Shown: piece after piece, positions 59,558 to 64,000 of the stretch
Position numbering within the stretch: the stretch's first letter is position 1
Layout: each line of letters begins with the position of its first letter
Program-made: the position numbers and the translations under genes
The notes under the pieces: generated by a model
Told to the model about the DNA's origin: nothing
Database searches by the model: none
What the model saw: only the letters and a program-made list of their open reading frames with translations
NCBI GenBank assembly: GCA_046329105.1
Contig: JAXLVH010000007.1
Coordinates: forward strand, 128,515-192,514
Source of the DNA: Flavobacteriales bacterium
Lineage (GTDB): Bacteria > Bacteroidota > Bacteroidia > Flavobacteriales_F > PHOS-HE28
Direction of reading: 5' to 3'
DNA: 64,000 nt

Positions 59558-62500
59558 ATGAGCTCACACGACATCGAGAAAGACCTGCACGGACCGGAAC
59601 GCCAGTTCGGCATCACCACCTGGGCGGTGAACAACCGCACCACCGTGATCGTGCTCACCATCCTCATCTGCCTCCTCGGCATCCGCGCCTACATCGTGAT
59701 GCCCAAGGTGAGCTTTCCGGACGTGGTCACGCCCGAGGTGTTCATCGGTACGCCGTACAACAGCAGCTCGGTGGTCGACATCGAGAAACTGATCACCAAG
59801 CCGATCGAGAAGGAGCTGAACACCATTTCCGGCGTCGACGAGATCAAGAGCACCAGCGTCCCCAACTTCAGTTCCATCCACATCAAGTTCGACTACAGCG
59901 TTACGCCCACCGAAGCCCTGCGCAAGGTGAAGGACGCGGTGGACAAGGCGCGTGGCGACAGCGACTTCCCCACGGACCTGCCGAGCGAACCGAACGTGTT
60001 CGAGATGAACTTCTCCGAATTGATACCGGTGATGAACATCAACCTCAGCGGCGACTATCCGCTGGAGCAGCTCCACGAGTACGCCAAGCACCTGGAGGAC
60101 CGCATCGAAGAACTCCCGGAGATCAACAAGGTGGAGATCCGCGGCGTGCCCGAGCGCGAGGTGAAGGTGAGCGTGGACCTCGCCGCCATCGAGATGCTGC
60201 AGTTGAACTTCGACGACATCGCCAACGCGCTGCGCAGCGAGAACCTCACCATGAGCGGCGGGGACATCCTCACCAAGGACCAGCGGCGCAGCGTGCGTGT
60301 GATCGGGGAATTCACGGGCATGGAGCAGATCCGCAACATCGTGGTGAAGAACGAGGGCCAGCGCGAAGTGCGCCTGCGCGATGTGGCCGATGTCAGCTTC
60401 GGCTTCAAGGAGCCCGAGAGTTTCGCACGCGAGTTCGGCAAGAGCGTGGTGATGCTCGATGTGATCAAGCGGGCCGGCGAGAACCTGCTTGATGCCAGCG
60501 ACAAGATCAACGCCATCATCCAGGAGGACCACGGCACTGTGCTGCCCAAGGACCTCACCCTCACCATCACCAGCGACCAGAGCGACCAGACCCGCGTGAG
60601 CGTGGACGAACTGATGAACCACATCGTGCTCGGCGTGATCCTGGTGGTGGGCGTGCTCATGCTCTTCCTCGGTCTGCGGAACGCGGTCTTCGTGGGCCTC
60701 GCCATCCCCATGAGCATGTTCATCTCCTTCACCCTGCTCAACGCGTTCGGTGTCACGCTGAACATGATGGTGCTCTTCGCGCTGATCCTCGCGCTCGGGC
60801 GACTGGTCGACGACGGCATCGTGATCGTGGAGAACATCCACCGCCACATGAGCAACGGGGAACCCGCGCTCAAGGCCACCAAACTCGCCGTGGGCGAAGT
60901 GACCATGCCGATCATCGCCGCCACCACGGCCACCGTGATGGTCTTCGTCCCCCTGCTCTTCTGGCCCGGTATGATGGGCGAGTTCATGAAGTACCTGCCC
61001 ATCACCTTCATGATCGCGCTGGCCAGCTCGCTCTTCGTGGCGCTGGTCGTGAACCCGGCGCTCGCCTCCAAATTCATGAAGGTGGAGGAGGACCACATGC
61101 CGACCGGGAAGATGTGGCGAACGGTGCTGGTACTGGCCATCGCAGGTGCGGTGATCGGCGTGCTCGGAGCGTCCATGAAAAGCAATGCCGTTTTCGGTAT
61201 CGGCATGCTCGCCATCTTCTTCGGCCTGATGGGCATCGCGAACCAGAAGCTGTTCGCCCCGGCGGCCCATTGGTTCCAGTACACCTGGCTGCCCCGCTTG
61301 GAAACCCGCTATCGGCGGTTGTTGCGCTATGCCCTGGCGAAGCACCACCCGCGCACCTTCCTCTTCGGCACCTTCGGCCTCCTGGTCCTGGTGATCGTGG
61401 CGCTCATCGCCTTCCCGGTGCCCAGCGTGTTCTTTCCCACCAACCAGCCGCAATTCATCAATGTCTTCATCGAGGCTCCCATCGGTACAGACATCCTCAA
61501 GACCGACAGTGTGACCCGTCTCGTGGAGGCGCAAGTGATGAAGGTGATCGATGTGCCGACCTACATGGAGGTGCAGGAGGTGAAGAACGACAAGGGTGAA
61601 GTGATCGGTACCGATACGGTGAACTTCCTGGTGAACTCCGTCATCGCCCAGGTGGGAAGAGGTACCAGCGATCCTGGCAGCCAGGAGGTGGAGCTCAGCG
61701 CCACCCCGCACAAGGCACGGATCCAGATCAACTTCGTGAAGTTCGCGGATCGTCACGGTATCAATACGAACGATGTGCTGGCCCGCCTGCAGCACGATGT
61801 GGCCGGCTACCCGGGGGTGATCACCACCATAGCCAAGAACGCCGACGGCCCGCCCATGGGCAAACCCATCAACATCGAGATCCGCGGCAAGGAGATCGAA
61901 GGGCTGCTGGATGAGGCGGAACGCGTGAAGAAGTTCATCGAGGAGAAGAACGTTCCGGGCGTGGAGGCCCTGCGGATCGACATCGACCGCGCGAAGCCCG
62001 AGATGCCCATCGTGATCGATCGCGAGAAGGCGCGGCGCCTCAATGTGAGCACCTACCAGGTGGCCGATGCCATCCGCACCGCGCTATTCGGCAAGGAGGT
62101 GAGCACCTACCGCGTGGAAGGCGACGACGATGACTACGAGATCAACGTGCGCCTGAAGGACGCCTACCGCTACGACACGCAGCGGATCATGGACATGCGC
62201 ATCACCTTCCGCGACATGCTCACCGGCCAGATCCGCCAGGTGCCCATCAGCGCCGTGGCCAAAGAGGAGTACCGCACAACGTTCAGCGCCATCAAGCGCA
62301 AGGACCTGGACCGCGTGGTGCAGGTGAGCAGCAACGTGATCGCCGGTTACAACAACAACGAAGTGGTCGCCACGATCAAGGACGAGATGGCCAGCGGCTT
62401 CGAGGCCAGCGACCGGTTCAACATGCGCTTCACCGGCGAACAGGAGGACCAGGCGAAAGACCAGGGCTTCCTGGGCATGGCGTTCCTCGTGGCCATCTTC

Positions 62501-63091
62501 GTGGTGTTCCTCATCATCGTGGCCCAGTTCAACAGCATCAGCTATCCGGTGATCGTGATGAGCACCGTGGTCTTCTCCACCATCGGCGTGCTGCTCGGCC
62601 TGGTGGTCTTCCGCATGGAGTTCGTGGGGCTGATGACCACTTTGGGTATCATTTCACTCATCGGGGTGGTGGTCAACAACGCGATCGTGCTCATGGATTT
62701 CGCGCGCCTGCTCTTCCAGCGGGCGCAGCGCAAGCTCGGCCTCGATGAGAACACGATCATCCCGATCGAGGAGAGCCGCGAGGCCCTGGTGATCGCCGGG
62801 CACACGCGGTTACGCCCCGTCCTGCTCACCGCGGTAACCGCCGTGCTGGGCCTGCTGCCGCTGGCGATCGGTCTCAACTTCAATTTCTTCACCCTGTTCA
62901 GCGAGCTGGACCCGCACATCCACATGGGCGGCGACAACGTGGTGTTCTGGGGCCCGCTCAGCTGGGCGGTGATCTTCGGGCTCATCTTCGCCACCTTCCT
63001 TACCCTCATCATGGTACCGGTGATGCTGCTGATCGTGCAGAAGATCAAGCACCGCAGGCAGTGGAAGCGATCGCTGCAGGCGAAAGGGTGA
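59558..63091 (+). CDS. efflux RND permease (AcrB/CzcA family)
   Basis: 1177 aa with 12 TM helices and two large periplasmic loops, conserved RND architecture. Confidence 0.9.
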   Translation: MSSHDIEKDLHGPERQFGITTWAVNNRTTVIVLTILICLLGIRAYIVMPKVSFPDVVTPEVFIGTPYNSSSVVDIEKLITKPIEKELNTISGVDEIKSTSVPNFSSIHIKFDYSVTPTEALRKVKDAVDKARGDSDFPTDLPSEPNVFEMNFSELIPVMNINLSGDYPLEQLHEYAKHLEDRIEELPEINKVEIRGVPEREVKVSVDLAAIEMLQLNFDDIANALRSENLTMSGGDILTKDQRRSVRVIGEFTGMEQIRNIVVKNEGQREVRLRDVADVSFGFKEPESFAREFGKSVVMLDVIKRAGENLLDASDKINAIIQEDHGTVLPKDLTLTITSDQSDQTRVSVDELMNHIVLGVILVVGVLMLFLGLRNAVFVGLAIPMSMFISFTLLNAFGVTLNMMVLFALILALGRLVDDGIVIVENIHRHMSNGEPALKATKLAVGEVTMPIIAATTATVMVFVPLLFWPGMMGEFMKYLPITFMIALASSLFVALVVNPALASKFMKVEEDHMPTGKMWRTVLVLAIAGAVIGVLGASMKSNAVFGIGMLAIFFGLMGIANQKLFAPAAHWFQYTWLPRLETRYRRLLRYALAKHHPRTFLFGTFGLLVLVIVALIAFPVPSVFFPTNQPQFINVFIEAPIGTDILKTDSVTRLVEAQVMKVIDVPTYMEVQEVKNDKGEVIGTDTVNFLVNSVIAQVGRGTSDPGSQEVELSATPHKARIQINFVKFADRHGINTNDVLARLQHDVAGYPGVITTIAKNADGPPMGKPINIEIRGKEIEGLLDEAERVKKFIEEKNVPGVEALRIDIDRAKPEMPIVIDREKARRLNVSTYQVADAIRTALFGKEVSTYRVEGDDDDYEINVRLKDAYRYDTQRIMDMRITFRDMLTGQIRQVPISAVAKEEYRTTFSAIKRKDLDRVVQVSSNVIAGYNNNEVVATIKDEMASGFEASDRFNMRFTGEQEDQAKDQGFLGMAFLVAIFVVFLIIVAQFNSISYPVIVMSTVVFSTIGVLLGLVVFRMEFVGLMTTLGIISLIGVVVNNAIVLMDFARLLFQRAQRKLGLDENTIIPIEESREALVIAGHTRLRPVLLTAVTAVLGLLPLAIGLNFNFFTLFSELDPHIHMGGDNVVFWGPLSWAVIFGLIFATFLTLIMVPVMLLIVQKIKHRRQWKRSLQAKG

Positions 63092-63344
63092 GGAAGCCGC
63101 ACGGTCGAGGAACGCCTGAGCGGCCTCATGAAAGCAGGCCCCTTCGCGATGTGCGGCCTTCCTGTAAGGTCTTCGTCAACTTGCGCACGTTGGTTGATGC
63201 CGCAGCTTTTCCTTCAGCACACCCGGGCGGTGTACGGTTGGGTGCCGACCACATGCGCGTATACCGGGAACGCATTGTGCCCTGATCCAGAAGCGATCAC
63301 CCGCCATCCCGCCCGGTAAGGGTCTGCGGTCGATCTCGGGTTCA

Positions 63345-63372
63345 AGGGTGCGAGAGACGTGACTCTCGCACC
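63345..63372 (+). terminator. GC-rich hairpin GGGTGCGAGAG-acgtga-CTCTCGCACCC
   Basis: 11-bp perfect stem about 250 bp downstream of the RND gene. No U-tract follows. Confidence 0.35.
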
Positions 63373-63517
63373 CTCGCACTTACGCACCCCATGGTTCATT
63401 CTGACCACGATGATCGAGGGACCGGATCCTCATCACCGGCCCAGTAGGTGTATTCGCAAATAGTTGCATAACGAAATAATTGATATATTTGCGCCGTTAA
63501 GAACAGCGCTCATTGCC

Positions 63518-63961
63518 ATGAGCACATCAATTGAGCGGATCTCACGCCTGTTGCCCATCACCCTGCGCAACGTCTACCGGTTGATCGCCGTGGAGATGGA
63601 CAAGGGCGGCACCGAGCTCCGCCTGCCCCAGTACGGCATGCTCGACTTCCTGCTCACCCACAGCGAAGCCGTCCAGACGGACCTGGCCAATCACTTCGCG
63701 AAGGACAAGAGCGTTATGCTGCGGCAGCTGGACGAGATGGAGCGCGCCGGTTGGATCGAGCGGCAGATGGACCCCAGCGACCGCCGCCGCAAGAACCTGG
63801 TCGTGACCAAGGCGGGACTCGAAGTGCATCGGAAGGTGAGCAGGATGAGCGCCAAGGTCTTCGCGAAGGTGCTGGAAGGCATGAACGAGAAGGAGGTCGA
63901 CACCTGCCTCAAGGTGCTCGGCCACATGAACGGGATCGCCAACAACACGGATCCGGAATGA
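63518..63961 (+). CDS. MarR-family transcriptional regulator
   Basis: Winged HTH with LRLPQYGMLDFL...DPSDRRRKNLVVTKAG. Preceded by an AT-rich region containing TATATTTG. Confidence 0.8.
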   Translation: MSTSIERISRLLPITLRNVYRLIAVEMDKGGTELRLPQYGMLDFLLTHSEAVQTDLANHFAKDKSVMLRQLDEMERAGWIERQMDPSDRRRKNLVVTKAGLEVHRKVSRMSAKVFAKVLEGMNEKEVDTCLKVLGHMNGIANNTDPE

Positions 63962-63967
63962 AACGCA

Positions 63968-64000
63968 TGAGCACCATAGGGGCCACGGCGCTGTTGCTGG
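63968..64000 (+). CDS. start of a further ORF (truncated by window end)
   Basis: ATG at 63968 followed by an open frame to the window edge. Confidence 0.2.

Noticed and set aside
59564-61795. 743-aa minus-strand ORF
   Set aside because: It is antisense to the RND permease gene. It has no TM or other motifs.
63330-63380. GGGTTCAAGGG resembling a tRNA T-arm
   Set aside because: There is no acceptor stem or anticodon arm, and the sequence forms a simple 11-bp hairpin. It is called a possible terminator instead.

Overview
High-GC (~65%) Bacteroidota chromosomal segment with T9SS/gliding-type C-terminal sorting domains. Most of it is housekeeping: a SUF Fe-S cluster split into two pieces (sufD-sufS-sufE-sufT at the 5' end of the window, sufA-sufB at 49.7-51.6 kb), pdxA, pepA, ribE, polA, dxs, thiL, hflX, rbfA, queG, a PBP1A, an MsbA-like ABC exporter, and a TetR-TolC-MFP-RND efflux operon followed by marR. 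One cell-surface polysaccharide cluster is present (cysQ-gmd-fcl, a GT4 phosphotransferase and two paralogous outer-membrane barrels). The accessory features are: (1) a strongly AT-rich (~33% GC) foreign cassette at 36.66-37.74 kb with one 346-aa ORF carrying a C-terminal HEPN-like Rx4H motif, bracketed by a 9-bp inverted repeat and lying between a DUF4143 AAA ATPase and a truncated lolC/E-type permease fragment; (2) an XRE-HTH / zeta-toxin-like P-loop kinase / 52-aa protein module with a 5-copy heptanucleotide tract in the coding overlap region; (3) a lower-GC four-helix-bundle (23S rRNA IVS protein family) gene filling the sufS-sufE gap, bracketed by GGTGA-rich and CACC-rich complementary motifs that recur without cargo between sufA and sufB; (4) a dispersed palindromic repeat family (core GGCTCAGCGTGACA) at four loci, two of which sit inside inserts flanked by 110-130 bp imperfect duplications of a gene 3'-end/terminator region; (5) an ISL3-family transposase remnant directly downstream of sufB. 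No CRISPR array, rRNA or tRNA was recognised.
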